Positions 19,506 through 27,630 of a stretch of 64,000 bases of DNA are shown one piece after another. Within the stretch, counting starts at the first letter, position 1. Each line of letters opens with the position of its first letter. The position numbers were made by a program, and so were the translations under genes. The notes beneath the pieces are model-generated. The model ran no database searches. It was not told where the DNA came from and worked only from the letters and a program-made list of their open reading frames with translations. The DNA comes from a virus (Duplodnaviria > Heunggongvirae > Uroviricota > Caudoviricetes): the IMG/VR virus record IMGVR_UViG_3300027861_000012, positions 32,380-96,379 of that record. One strand, given 5' to 3'.

Positions 19506-19936
19506 CCATCTCCTATGAGCGGGGCTTGTACGTCAGCAAAGATGTCGCTATCTTGACTCTGAATGGCCAATGGGATCAGCCAAAGCAGATTGGGTATCAC
19601 GTTGCTGGGGAGATGGTCAATCCAATGCCTCTCAACCCGCTCGTCTGTTGTTGTCTGGACCGCATGGACATCACCTATAGCCATGAAGAAATGCACCATG
19701 AACTCGTCATTGTGATAGACGCAAAACAGATGCCATTTCCATTTCTCAACCAGGTGCCCGGTCTCTTCCAGGAACTCGCGCTCCATGGCATCCTCTGGAT
19801 ACTCGTCATCGGGTTCAATGTGACCACCGATCCCGTTGTAGAAACCCTTCTGCCAATTCGGACGCTGTTTCTCGATCAGAACAACTCGTTCAAGTTGTGT
19901 ATCAAAGAAGAATCCAGCTACGTACTCTTTCATCTC
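19502..19936 (-). CDS. Nudix hydrolase
   Basis: Nudix box GGHIEPDDEYPEDAMEREFLEETG (Gx5Ex7REUxEExGU). Start placed at MKEY to abut the upstream gene. The longer ORF-track start would overlap it by 119 nt. Confidence 0.7.
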   Translation of the reverse strand, partial: EMKEYVAGFFFDTQLERVVLIEKQRPNWQKGFYNGIGGHIEPDDEYPEDAMEREFLEETGHLVEKWKWHLFCVYHNDEFMVHFFMAIGDVHAVQTTTDERVERHWIDHLPSNVIPNLLWLIPLAIQSQDSDIFADVQAPLIGDG

Positions 19937-20423
19937 AAACTCCGGGAAACAAAATGGTTCGGACCAACCGAAGGGCATCTTCAAGATCGTCTGTCCAGAA
20001 TGGGACCAACTCTCGAATCCATTTCTGGTCATGGATGTTGCCTTCTTTGGCAATCACAATCGTTGGAACATGCGCGGCCCAAGCCCATGAGATTTCTGAC
20101 ACGGTGCCGACACTGACTTCAGGGGCACATGGTTCAAAGTTCACGAGGAGTAGGTCTGCTTTGACACAGTCCAAGTAATCTCGTGTGATGATCCCACGAA
20201 TCGTGAAGATGGGGTCCGTCGCGTTGACTTCATTGGCACCCCAACCCAGCTTCTTACACTTGCGTTGGGCTTGTTTGGCACGCATCGGAGAATAGCAACG
20301 AACTGCCGGTAAGGCATTCGTTGCTTCAATGCGCCACACAGTCGCATCTTCATACGACAACCCCGTGATGGGGCCTGCTAAGTAGATTCTGGGAGAGTAC
20401 ATAGGGAGGAACTCCGTTGTCAA
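19935..20423 (-). CDS. nucleoside 2-deoxyribosyltransferase / DNPH1(Rcl)-superfamily protein
   Basis: N-terminal RIYLAGPITG matches the YLAGP signature of the NDT/Rcl fold. 162 aa. Confidence 0.6.
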   Translation of the reverse strand: MTTEFLPMYSPRIYLAGPITGLSYEDATVWRIEATNALPAVRCYSPMRAKQAQRKCKKLGWGANEVNATDPIFTIRGIITRDYLDCVKADLLLVNFEPCAPEVSVGTVSEISWAWAAHVPTIVIAKEGNIHDQKWIRELVPFWTDDLEDALRLVRTILFPGV

Positions 20424-21079
20424 GGGGCGGTTCGCAATACTCCTTCGATATCAGAGAGGCCCAACCGGGCACATCCAAGTTCCAAATACGTAACAGCCTG
20501 CTCGAAAGTCTTGATACCACCAGATGCTTTAACAAGAATCTTGTCGCCTACTGCATCTATGATGGTCTTCACGTCTTCAACGGAAGCCGTCCCAGTGAAG
20601 CCTGTTGAAGTCTTAACGTACTGTGCCCCTGACCTGATCACCAGATCACAGGCAATTCTGATCTCAGTTGGATTCCACACTGAAGATTCGATGATGACCT
20701 TTAATGGGACATTCTTGGCTTGTGTGAGCTTGCAGACGGCCTCCATGTCAAAACGAACAGGAGCCATGAACCCAGAAGCAAACTTGCCAAGATTCATAAC
20801 CATATCAACCTCGGTGGCTCCCTCATTCAGTACAAATATCGTTTGGGATGCTTTCATCTCAGCACGGCTTGAACCATGTGGGAAATCTACAACCGCACAA
20901 ACCCCGATACCAGAACCAGAGAGGCGGTGTGCTGCCGTGCTCACCCAGGTAGGGTTGACACAGAAGCTGGCTACCTGGTATTCTATTGCCAGTTCGGCCC
21001 CGGCTAAAATCATGTCATAGCTTGCAGCCGGATTGAGAACAGCCAGATCAACTTTTGAGGCAACTTCACTCGGGGTCAC
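20420..21079 (-). CDS. deoC: deoxyribose-phosphate aldolase
   Basis: DeoC motifs VKTSTGF, KASGGI, the Schiff-base Lys region and VIIE. 219 aa. Confidence 0.8.
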   Translation of the reverse strand: MTPSEVASKVDLAVLNPAASYDMILAGAELAIEYQVASFCVNPTWVSTAAHRLSGSGIGVCAVVDFPHGSSRAEMKASQTIFVLNEGATEVDMVMNLGKFASGFMAPVRFDMEAVCKLTQAKNVPLKVIIESSVWNPTEIRIACDLVIRSGAQYVKTSTGFTGTASVEDVKTIIDAVGDKILVKASGGIKTFEQAVTYLELGCARLGLSDIEGVLRTAP

Positions 21080-21410
21080 TGTCTTTCAACTCCATACCTA
21101 ACCAGTGTTTATCGAAATTGGTGAGTGCTTCGGCCGGTGAGGACCCCATGGCTTTCACACCCGGTGAGGTCACGTCTTCCGGAAGCATCTTTTGAACCTC
21201 TTCACTGACGCCACCATACCAAGCGACCCAGCAAAGGCCGTCATGGTAAAGCACCGGAGTATAGAGGCTGGACGGTCGCACCTGGTTCTGCGCACGGGTG
21301 ATTTCGTATATGCGCACCTGGTGTTTAGCCTGAGCGGCTTGCAAATTCAACTGGGCCGTTGCTATGGCCGCATTGTCGATCTGCTGTTGAACGGGAAGTG
21401 TAGGTTCCAT
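21066..21410 (-). CDS. hypothetical protein
   Basis: 114-aa ORF. Confidence 0.4.
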   Translation of the reverse strand: MEPTLPVQQQIDNAAIATAQLNLQAAQAKHQVRIYEITRAQNQVRPSSLYTPVLYHDGLCWVAWYGGVSEEVQKMLPEDVTSPGVKAMGSSPAEALTNFDKHWLGMELKDSDPE

Positions 21411-21452
21411 AGTCCTATTGTATCACCGCTGGGAGACAGTGTCAAGGGGGGT

Positions 21453-21493
21453 AAAAAAGAAAGCACACCCCGTATCTCGTTTTGGGGGTGTGC
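21453..21493 (-). terminator. rho-independent terminator downstream of the Ro60 gene
   Basis: Read on the minus strand: a 10-bp GC-rich stem AGCACACCCC/GGGGTGTGCT with a 12-nt loop, followed by TTCTTTTTT. Confidence 0.5.
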
Positions 21494-21523
21494 TTATAGC
21501 CCGTGTAGAGGGGCTGAAGTAAT

Positions 21524-23106
21524 TCATTCGCGGGCAAAGTCAGCCATGATCTTCGGGGCACTGGCATCGAAGCCAACGACATCGAGCATCCCTGCATCGT
21601 TGGGGTCCGCGATGGAGATCTCGTTGGCGGTGAAGGCCACCACAATCAACTTGGCGTTGATACCCATCTTCCGGCGGTAGTCCTGTAGTGCTACAGCAGG
21701 GTGTACGCTGTTACAGTTGGTCTCGCTGTCCGTGTAGATCACGAACACATCAGTCGGAATCTTTTCCTGGGTCGCGTACCTCATCGGAAGTGAACAGTCT
21801 GTGCGACCAAATGGGAGGCCGGTGATCATGCGATTCACTTCAGAAAGCGATGTTCGCTTGGTAACGGGCAACGAGTGGAAGGTATTGCAGAACCCATAGG
21901 TCTGCACTTGGTCCTCAGATCGAACCAAAGTAGCAGCCATACACCCGGCAGCATCCCGTGGCGTCAAGTGCGTGTTGTTGATCGTGCCATAGGTCATGGA
22001 CCCAGACACATCCACACCCAGCAGATAACGCTGACCAGTGGGCTCGACGTACCCAAAGGATGCATCGTAGGCGTCTTCCAGGGAATCCAACACCTGGGTT
22101 ACAGGGCTCCAACGGAGACTGCCACGAACACCACAACCTTGTTGATAGGTGGAGAGTGCCAGCAGCACGCTGAATGGATGTACCCGAGCACGTTGAAGCT
22201 GCTCTCGGTCCCGAAGCTGGGCACATACCTGCTTCACTGCTGAGGTGTTGGGCTTCAGAACGTCGATGCTGGTCATCTTACCCAAATTCCGGATCAAAGC
22301 CGTCATAGGCATCCGCAACTCAAGCATGGCTTCCCAGACTCTTGGGTCATTGAGGAACTGAGTCGGGATGTTCTCACGGACCAAGCCGTAGCTCCGAACC
22401 AAGGCGGCAACCTCTTTCGAGGTGGTAGCCAACTTGACCTTTTCGACGCCTTCCAGTGTGTGGTTGGTCACCATCGGGTAATCCCCACCCGGCTTCCGCA
22501 CGGCGTACCCAAGGATCTGGTTGATCTCGGCGTTGTTGGTGTGTGCATGGCAACACCGAAGCACGTCACGATGAGACCAGCCACCGCGTTGCTTGTACTT
22601 CGTAATCTGAGCGGCCAGCCGATCAGGTCGGTGATTCAGATACCAGTTCGAGACGGCACGCTTCAAGGCACGGCCCCAGCCACGGAATTGAGTCACTGCA
22701 TCCACGAATTGGAACAGGTGTGTTCCGATTCGACATACTTCGCTAAGGCGCGGCAGTGCAATGCTACTGTAGCGGGCATCGGCACACAACATAGCCAAAC
22801 AGAAAATGGCAGGGTCATTCTTTGCAGCCCGGCCTTCGTCACTGATCTGCACAATGCGGTCCACGGTTCGCTGTGCATCCTCAGCAGCACAGATGCGAAG
22901 AGACTCAGCAGCTTCGATAGTGAGCTTCTGCTCACCGGCATAATAGGTTCCGCCTTCACACCCAAGAATCAGAAACCGATCCAAGCGTGTCCAGCAATCA
23001 ACTTCCCAACCAAAGCCACCGCCGCTGTTGGCGACTTGGTTACTACCGACCAAGGGGCGCGTCTGAGGAGTGTTACTTGGCGAAAGTGTGCGTGCGTACC
23101 TATTCA
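21524..23106 (-). CDS. rsr: Ro60 (TROVE domain) ribonucleoprotein orthologue with C-terminal vWA domain
   Basis: N-terminal TROVE block NSGGGFGWEVDCWTRLDRFLILGCEGGTYY matches Ro60 (NSAGGYAWKVDDWQRL..GSEGGTYY). C-terminal vWA MIDAS region LLGVDVSGSM. Start set at MNRYARTL, which has AAGGAG 6 nt upstream. Confidence 0.8.
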
Positions 23107-23375
23107 TCGTCTTCTCCTTGAGGAATTCGGTCCTGCTCGATCCAAAGTTCGTAAAGACAGCACAGGACATTGTCAGAAAAGTGGCCGTGTTCGCTATCGA
23201 CATTCGCATCCGACAGTTGTTTGTAAATGTCTGCCAGAACATCATCGCTCGTAGGCGACCCATCAACGTTTGGAGACAAATCAACGATAGCTCGTATGAT
23301 AATCGGAAGCTGAGCTTCCAATCTGGCTTTGGCAGCCAGAAGCTCTTCCATCAATGCATCGGCGACATCCATCAC
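23100..23375 (-). CDS. hypothetical small acidic protein
   Basis: 91-aa ORF ending 7 nt into the rsr start. Confidence 0.3.
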   Translation of the reverse strand: MMDVADALMEELLAAKARLEAQLPIIIRAIVDLSPNVDGSPTSDDVLADIYKQLSDANVDSEHGHFSDNVLCCLYELWIEQDRIPQGEDDE

Positions 23376-23411
23376 TTCAGTTCGTTTGATGGCTACTTGG
23401 CGACAGGGTCT

Positions 23412-23798
23412 TCAGTTGGCATAGGAGACTTCCTCTGTTTGAAATAAGATAGGGGCATCCGGTGGATTGATTCCATCGGGCGGGTCTACCGGAAGAATGG
23501 TTGCCCGCAGACTCTTGATCTCGGCCAGAAGTTCCAATTCACGAACATGCCATGCAGAGACCATCCTGTCGCGGCAAATCTCGTTGTTGTCCAGTATTGT
23601 TTGAAGCTCGTCAATCTCGTCGATTTGGCTTTGGACCACCTCGGCCTGCATGTCAACGACATCTTCCAGGCGGTAGATTTCCTCTTGCCTGATATCAAGC
23701 AACTGATCACAGACACCAACTCGCCACTCGATGGACCAGATAGTTCCACTCGTGGCGAATACCGCGATGCAAAGAATCCAAATCGCTACATTCTTCAT
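23412..23798 (-). CDS. membrane-anchored coiled-coil protein
   Basis: N-terminal TM helix MKNVAIWILCIAVFATSG, then heptad-like acidic region. 128 aa. Confidence 0.4.
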   Translation of the reverse strand: MKNVAIWILCIAVFATSGTIWSIEWRVGVCDQLLDIRQEEIYRLEDVVDMQAEVVQSQIDEIDELQTILDNNEICRDRMVSAWHVRELELLAEIKSLRATILPVDPPDGINPPDAPILFQTEEVSYAN

Positions 23799-23934
23799 CG
23801 GTCTCTCCAGTGTTCATAACAGTAGGTTACTGCGCTTTTCGCTGACGCCGGTGATATCTCCGCTACTCAGCACGCCCTTCAGTTAATCTTCCCACTCTGC
23901 CGACCCGTATACCGAAACTCCGAGCCGAACACCC

Positions 23935-24663
23935 TCACCCACTGTTGTCTTCAAAGGCTTGTATCAGGCCAGGTGTCGTGATCGGTGGCAATGCCAACTC
24001 CCCTTCGACGATGTCACCTGGAAGTCTATCTAAGGTAGCTAGGAACGAGTCCTTCTCACCACGGAGCCGATCCAGCAAGTCGGGTTTCACGATCTCTGCC
24101 CCTTCACCAAGCATGGTCACATACAGAGCCATCAGATGCTCGTCACCCACCAACGTGGGACACGCATTGCGATGATTGTGCATGTGAACAAAATTCAGTT
24201 GGTTCTGGATGGTAATAGGTTCCCGGCCCATCTTGTGGATGACAATCGTATCGTCATGAATCAATGGGGCCACGACCCTATAGTAAGTGTCACGATCAAA
24301 CTCACATTCCTCGAATCGCACCAATCTGGCGTTCATAAGCTCAGAATTGAACTTACCTAGTTTGCGGCAAACTATCTGGTTGCCAAACACCACTGCATCG
24401 TGGCCAAGCAGAACTTCCAAAGCATCCCCGAGAATTGACTTACCGCTCGACTGCGGCCCCCACAGAAACAAATAGGGCACCCTCAGCCCTTGTATGACAT
24501 ACTTCACCCAACGTTGCATGTACTCCATACCAGTGACACGGTTCCGAATAGCCCAGTCATTGGCAGCAAGAGCGGTGTTCAATTCACCTCCAGCAATGTG
24601 ACCCAGGATGGTATCCCAGGATGGGTGTCCACTGTCTTCTGGCATACTTGTCTCCGGGTTCAA
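23935..24663 (-). CDS. stand-alone primase C-terminal/D5-like P-loop NTPase domain protein (paralogue of the C-terminal region of the 35607-38375 prim-pol helicase)
   Basis: LFLWGPQSSGKSILGDALEVLL...NSELMNARLVRFEE is nearly identical to LFLWGPQNSGKSILGDAIELLV...NSELATTIFARLEE in the large primase-helicase. Confidence 0.6.
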   Translation of the reverse strand: MNPETSMPEDSGHPSWDTILGHIAGGELNTALAANDWAIRNRVTGMEYMQRWVKYVIQGLRVPYLFLWGPQSSGKSILGDALEVLLGHDAVVFGNQIVCRKLGKFNSELMNARLVRFEECEFDRDTYYRVVAPLIHDDTIVIHKMGREPITIQNQLNFVHMHNHRNACPTLVGDEHLMALYVTMLGEGAEIVKPDLLDRLRGEKDSFLATLDRLPGDIVEGELALPPITTPGLIQAFEDNSG

Positions 24664-24737
24664 AATGTAGCACGGCTACGAGCAAAGAGGTAGGAGTGGG
24701 GGTTTCATGCTTCCAATTACACCACCGAAGACGCTAG

Positions 24738-24812
24738 GCGACTCCGACCGGGACTCGAACCCGGACCAAATCATTTCAAGTGATAATCCACTCCAAATCG
24801 GCTCGTAAGCCA
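24738..24812 (-). ncRNA. tRNA-like element (T-arm + 3' acceptor strand + anticodon-like hairpin; no matching 5' acceptor strand)
   Basis: Minus-strand sense has a perfect T-arm CCGGG-TTCGAGT-CCCGG, then TCGGAGT-C, and a hairpin ATCA-CTTGAAA-TGAT. No ACTCCGA partner was found. Confidence 0.25.
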
Positions 24813-24910
24813 TGTATTGGGACCATGAGCCGAGCCAGTCTTTCGACATACTCCCGACTCACAGCCTTGTGTTTTGACTCCGAACAAATGTCAAACATGG
24901 GAACTATGCT

Positions 24911-24941
24911 ACTGGCGCTCTACCTACTGAGCTACCCCACG
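24911..24941 (-). ncRNA. tRNA 5'-half-like fragment (acceptor 5' strand + canonical D-arm)
   Basis: Sense CGTGGGG-TA-GCTC-AGTAGGTA-GAGC starts 2 nt after the encoded CCA of the upstream element. No canonical anticodon or T-arm follows contiguously. Confidence 0.25.
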
Positions 24942-24942
24942 C

Positions 24943-25016
24943 TGGGCGTGAGAGGAGGAATCGAACCACCGACATCCAGTTCCTTTGATAACCCATATCC
25001 TACGGCTCAAAGTCAA
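24943..25016 (-). tRNA. probable tRNA with encoded CCA (anticodon not resolved by eye)
   Basis: Sense 3' end ...GGTGG-TTCGATT-CCTCC-TCTCACG-C-CCA (T-arm with one mismatch). The 5' boundary is estimated from length only. Confidence 0.3.
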
Positions 25017-25062
25017 GGAGCACCGAGGGACTCGAACCCTCAACGGTTGACCATCAGTGCTC
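25017..25062 (-). ncRNA. 46-nt tRNA minihelix-like element (7-bp acceptor + perfect T-arm, no D or anticodon arms)
   Basis: Sense GAGCACT-GATGGTCAACCGTT-GAGGG-TTCGAGT-CCCTC-GGTGCTC-C. Acceptor pairs 7/7 including one G-U. T-stem pairs 5/5. Confidence 0.3.
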
Positions 25063-25398
25063 ATGTGCGGGCAAGTTTGCGGTGAACGGGTTTTCATGTG
25101 CTCGATAACCGTAAACCAGCGGCCCGCTTGTAACATGCGAGCAAGTTGTTTGCCGAGGTCATGATCTCCTAAAGATAACCCTCAGCTAGCGGCTCGCGTG
25201 TACCTCTGTAAACTTGTGCGAACAAGTTGGTTGGCCAAGGGGGAAATCTTAATTGGATAACCCTTGGCTAATCGGCTCGCACGACTCTTCGGTGATCACT
25301 TCACGACGCTCTCCTTCAGGTAAGTGTAACGTTTGATGAAGCTCTTCACTTAACTATTCAATTCTACCATACTTTGTTTCGGAAGTCAAGGACCAATT

Positions 25399-25677
25399 TC
25401 AAGATTTCTTTTTGGGGAACTTAGACCCCTCAGTTCTGGGCCTCAATGGGTCGGATCGAACCTCATAGGCCCAACCCTCGGCCTCGTTACCCTCAAGCTC
25501 CATCTGAGGGTCTGCATCCCTCATCAAGGCTTCTGCCTCATCCATGGTGTCACAGTCGTTGTGCTCAAAGAGGTCGATGATTACCAAAGCAACCGTCTGG
25601 CGTTCCCCTTCAGGAATGTGCGGTTTGATCGCATCCCACAGGTCCTCGGCCAACATTGATCCACTTCCCCATCCCAT
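25399..25677 (-). CDS. hypothetical acidic protein
   Basis: 92-aa ORF. Confidence 0.4.
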   Translation of the reverse strand: MGWGSGSMLAEDLWDAIKPHIPEGERQTVALVIIDLFEHNDCDTMDEAEALMRDADPQMELEGNEAEGWAYEVRSDPLRPRTEGSKFPKKKS

Positions 25678-25884
25678 ACATAGCTTACTCCTTATGTCCT
25701 ATGTCCTATGGTGCCGCACCGGTGTGCTGGAAGCACCCAGTGATTTATCTCTTTGCCATCCTGCGAATATATGATGTGAAACTCGGCAGGTTCCAACGGG
25801 CCCACACGGGCGTCCCCACCCTCAACAGTTGGGCCAAAGAACGTTATGACCTTCTCAAATAGCCACCAGAACACGGCTCGCTCC

Positions 25885-25992
25885 TTACCAGTGTCGGATC
25901 ATGTCACCCGCGCCAATCGACAGACTCACAACCAGTGCTGCGGAAAGGATCAGAATCACCCAACACCAGATACTCTCTTCCCGGTCACTCAT
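25885..25992 (-). CDS. possible small membrane protein (35 aa)
   Basis: Hand-translated MSDREESIWCWVILILSAALVVSLSIGAGDMIRHW with a single TM helix. It is below the ORF-track length cutoff. Confidence 0.25.
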   Translation of the reverse strand: MSDREESIWCWVILILSAALVVSLSIGAGDMIRHW

Positions 25993-26351
25993 TTCTTGTA
26001 CCCGTCATCAATCGGATCAAGTTCCTTGCCAATCGGTACTTTCGGGTTCGGCTCAGGATACCAGAAGTGGTGGCCGTCCATCTGGAGAATACGTCTCATG
26101 CCCCACCAATAGATGCGCCCCCATGGTGTCTCGTGGTAATCATTCGTCTTGGCTTGGTAACCAAGTGTCTGGTTTTGGTACATAAGGATGCCCCATGTAC
26201 CTTCAGATCGGGACTTCGGAGCCGTGATCACCAGCGTGAAGCTCCACCCGTCCTCAACGTAAACATCGCTGAGGTTTGTGTTAATCGGGTCGGCGGCAAC
26301 CGCCTGGGTTGCCAGTACCATGACCAAAAGGATACTTGCGATCAGTTTCAT
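25989..26351 (-). CDS. secreted hypothetical protein
   Basis: Signal peptide MKLIASILLVMVLATQAVAADP. 120 aa. Confidence 0.5.
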   Translation of the reverse strand: MKLIASILLVMVLATQAVAADPINTNLSDVYVEDGWSFTLVITAPKSRSEGTWGILMYQNQTLGYQAKTNDYHETPWGRIYWWGMRRILQMDGHHFWYPEPNPKVPIGKELDPIDDGYKK

Positions 26352-26385
26352 GCTTCACATCCTCTCATTCAGGGTTGGTAGTAAG

Positions 26386-26458
26386 TAGGGCGTGGGGGAA
26401 TTGAACCCCCGTTGCCGGGATGAAAGCCCGGTGTCCTAGTCCACTAGACGAACGCCCC
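26386..26458 (-). tRNA. tRNA-Glu (anticodon TTC)
   Basis: Hand-folded cloverleaf: acceptor GGGGCGT/ACGCCCT, D-arm GTCT..GGAC, anticodon stem CCGGG/CCCGG with loop CTTTCAT, T-arm GGGGG-TTCAATT-CCCCC, discriminator A. Confidence 0.8.
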
Positions 26459-26463
26459 TCGGG

Positions 26464-26664
26464 TCACTCCGGTGTTGTTTTTGCTCCGACAAGTTCCAGA
26501 TACATCTTGATGTCTTCTTTTGTCTTAAAGCGATAACGGCCATCACTGGCGGCGGCACCCGCAATAATCCGTGCGATACCTTCACAGTGCTTCATGTAGG
26601 CGGCTTGCGCAAACTTCAACTTGTCACACTGATAGGTGTCGTCTTTTGGGGTTTGCAATTTCAT
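26464..26664 (-). CDS. hypothetical protein
   Basis: 66-aa ORF. Confidence 0.4.
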   Translation of the reverse strand: MKLQTPKDDTYQCDKLKFAQAAYMKHCEGIARIIAGAAASDGRYRFKTKEDIKMYLELVGAKTTPE

Positions 26665-26915
26665 TAGCCCAGTCTCTCTTCAATTATGCGACGATCCCGT
26701 TCTTCGGCGTGTCTTCTCCAATCCTCGGTGGTTATCAATGTTGACAAATGTTGGTTCAGATCAACCGCAATCTGTGCCACATCGATTACCGACAATGGTT
26801 CGTCCGAATAGAAATCAAACTCTCTACGAACCGCAGCGGCGCATTTTTGAATGATTTCATCTCGGGTCAGTGTGTTTCGCATTAAGCATCCCTCGTCGGT
26901 CATGTTCAAATACAA
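26664..26915 (-). CDS. hypothetical protein
   Basis: 83-aa ORF. Confidence 0.4.
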   Translation of the reverse strand: MYLNMTDEGCLMRNTLTRDEIIQKCAAAVRREFDFYSDEPLSVIDVAQIAVDLNQHLSTLITTEDWRRHAEERDRRIIEERLG

Positions 26916-27115
26916 GGATCACTGAAGTTCTGCCTTTTCAGTCTGTCTTCAATCCTCCTGGAGTCCTGGCCGAATGCCGAGAATACCACGAGTTCCCCTG
27001 TATCGTCATTCTTTGCCCAACAGTACGGGGTATGCATGGGCTCACGTTTCTGTGATTCCTCGGCGTAAAGTTCCCGCGCCAGAGCAAACAACTGGTCAAG
27101 CTTCTGATTTGTCAT
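26906..27115 (-). CDS. hypothetical protein
   Basis: 69-aa ORF. Confidence 0.4.
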   Translation of the reverse strand: MTNQKLDQLFALARELYAEESQKREPMHTPYCWAKNDDTGELVVFSAFGQDSRRIEDRLKRQNFSDPCI

Positions 27116-27630
27116 TCTTCCGCCAGTTCCTGGAGTCGCTCGACTACCATAGCGATATGCGTCTGGTAGTTGACTCGCTCGTCATCACCCCTGGCAAGCC
27201 AGGCATAGATCGTATCACACTGGGGCTCCAACCGCAGTTCATTGAAGACCTCATCCTCAGCGGGGCTGAGATCAACAGGGAAAGCCACGTAATCGGCCCC
27301 GCCGTCATCTTCTGGGATCGAAATCTCAACGAAGACTCCAGGGAAGCCATTGACTTCCTGTGGTGTTTGGGTGACCTCACCGTTGTGCATTGTCACAAAA
27401 TCACGCAATGGGTTACACAATTGAATCATCTTTGGCTCCTTTGCCCATTTGGCTCGGTTCTCTTCGTATAGTTTCTCTCTGGCTTCGCTCGCAGCAACCT
27501 TGGCTTCATACTCGTCTTTCGTCATAGTGGCCAATCTGACGAGGGAATCCTTGATTTGTTCGACACTCCATTCCCTAAAGTAGACCATGGAGGAAAGACC
27601 CTCCTCAATATAGGGATTGACCCAGAACAT
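27112..27630 (-). CDS. hypothetical acidic protein
   Basis: 172-aa ORF. Confidence 0.5.
   Translation of the reverse strand: MFWVNPYIEEGLSSMVYFREWSVEQIKDSLVRLATMTKDEYEAKVAASEAREKLYEENRAKWAKEPKMIQLCNPLRDFVTMHNGEVTQTPQEVNGFPGVFVEISIPEDDGGADYVAFPVDLSPAEDEVFNELRLEPQCDTIYAWLARGDDERVNYQTHIAMVVERLQELAEE

Larger units (their letters stand above)
24782..25280 (-). repeat. five dispersed copies of a ~25-nt motif GATAA(C/T)C-N7-9-(A/T)N(G/T)CGGC(T/C)C(G/A), given as plus-strand text
   Basis: Copies at 24782-24806, 24987-25009, 25104-25127, 25174-25197 and 25256-25280. Copies 3 and 4 extend into a longer shared segment TGCGA(G/A)CAAGTTG. Spacing is irregular at 205, 117, 70 and 82 nt. Confidence 0.6.

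Noticed and set aside
19935-20053. Long (183-aa) start for the Nudix gene overlapping the NDT-like gene by 119 nt
   Set aside because: An in-frame ATG (MKEY) abuts the upstream stop. The overlap is probably an artefact of taking the longest ORF.
22460-23254. 264-aa plus-strand ORF
   Set aside because: It is entirely antisense to the well-supported Ro60 gene. It is a shadow ORF.
24780-25085. 101-aa plus-strand ORF across the tRNA and tRNA-like array
   Set aside because: It overlaps T-arm and acceptor sequences on the opposite strand. The translation is Ser/Pro-rich junk typical of ORFs over RNA genes.
24782-25280. Possible CRISPR array, given the repeated ~25-nt motif
   Set aside because: The repeats are degenerate and irregularly spaced at 70-205 nt. 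They are interleaved with tRNA-like modules and there is no adjacent cas gene.
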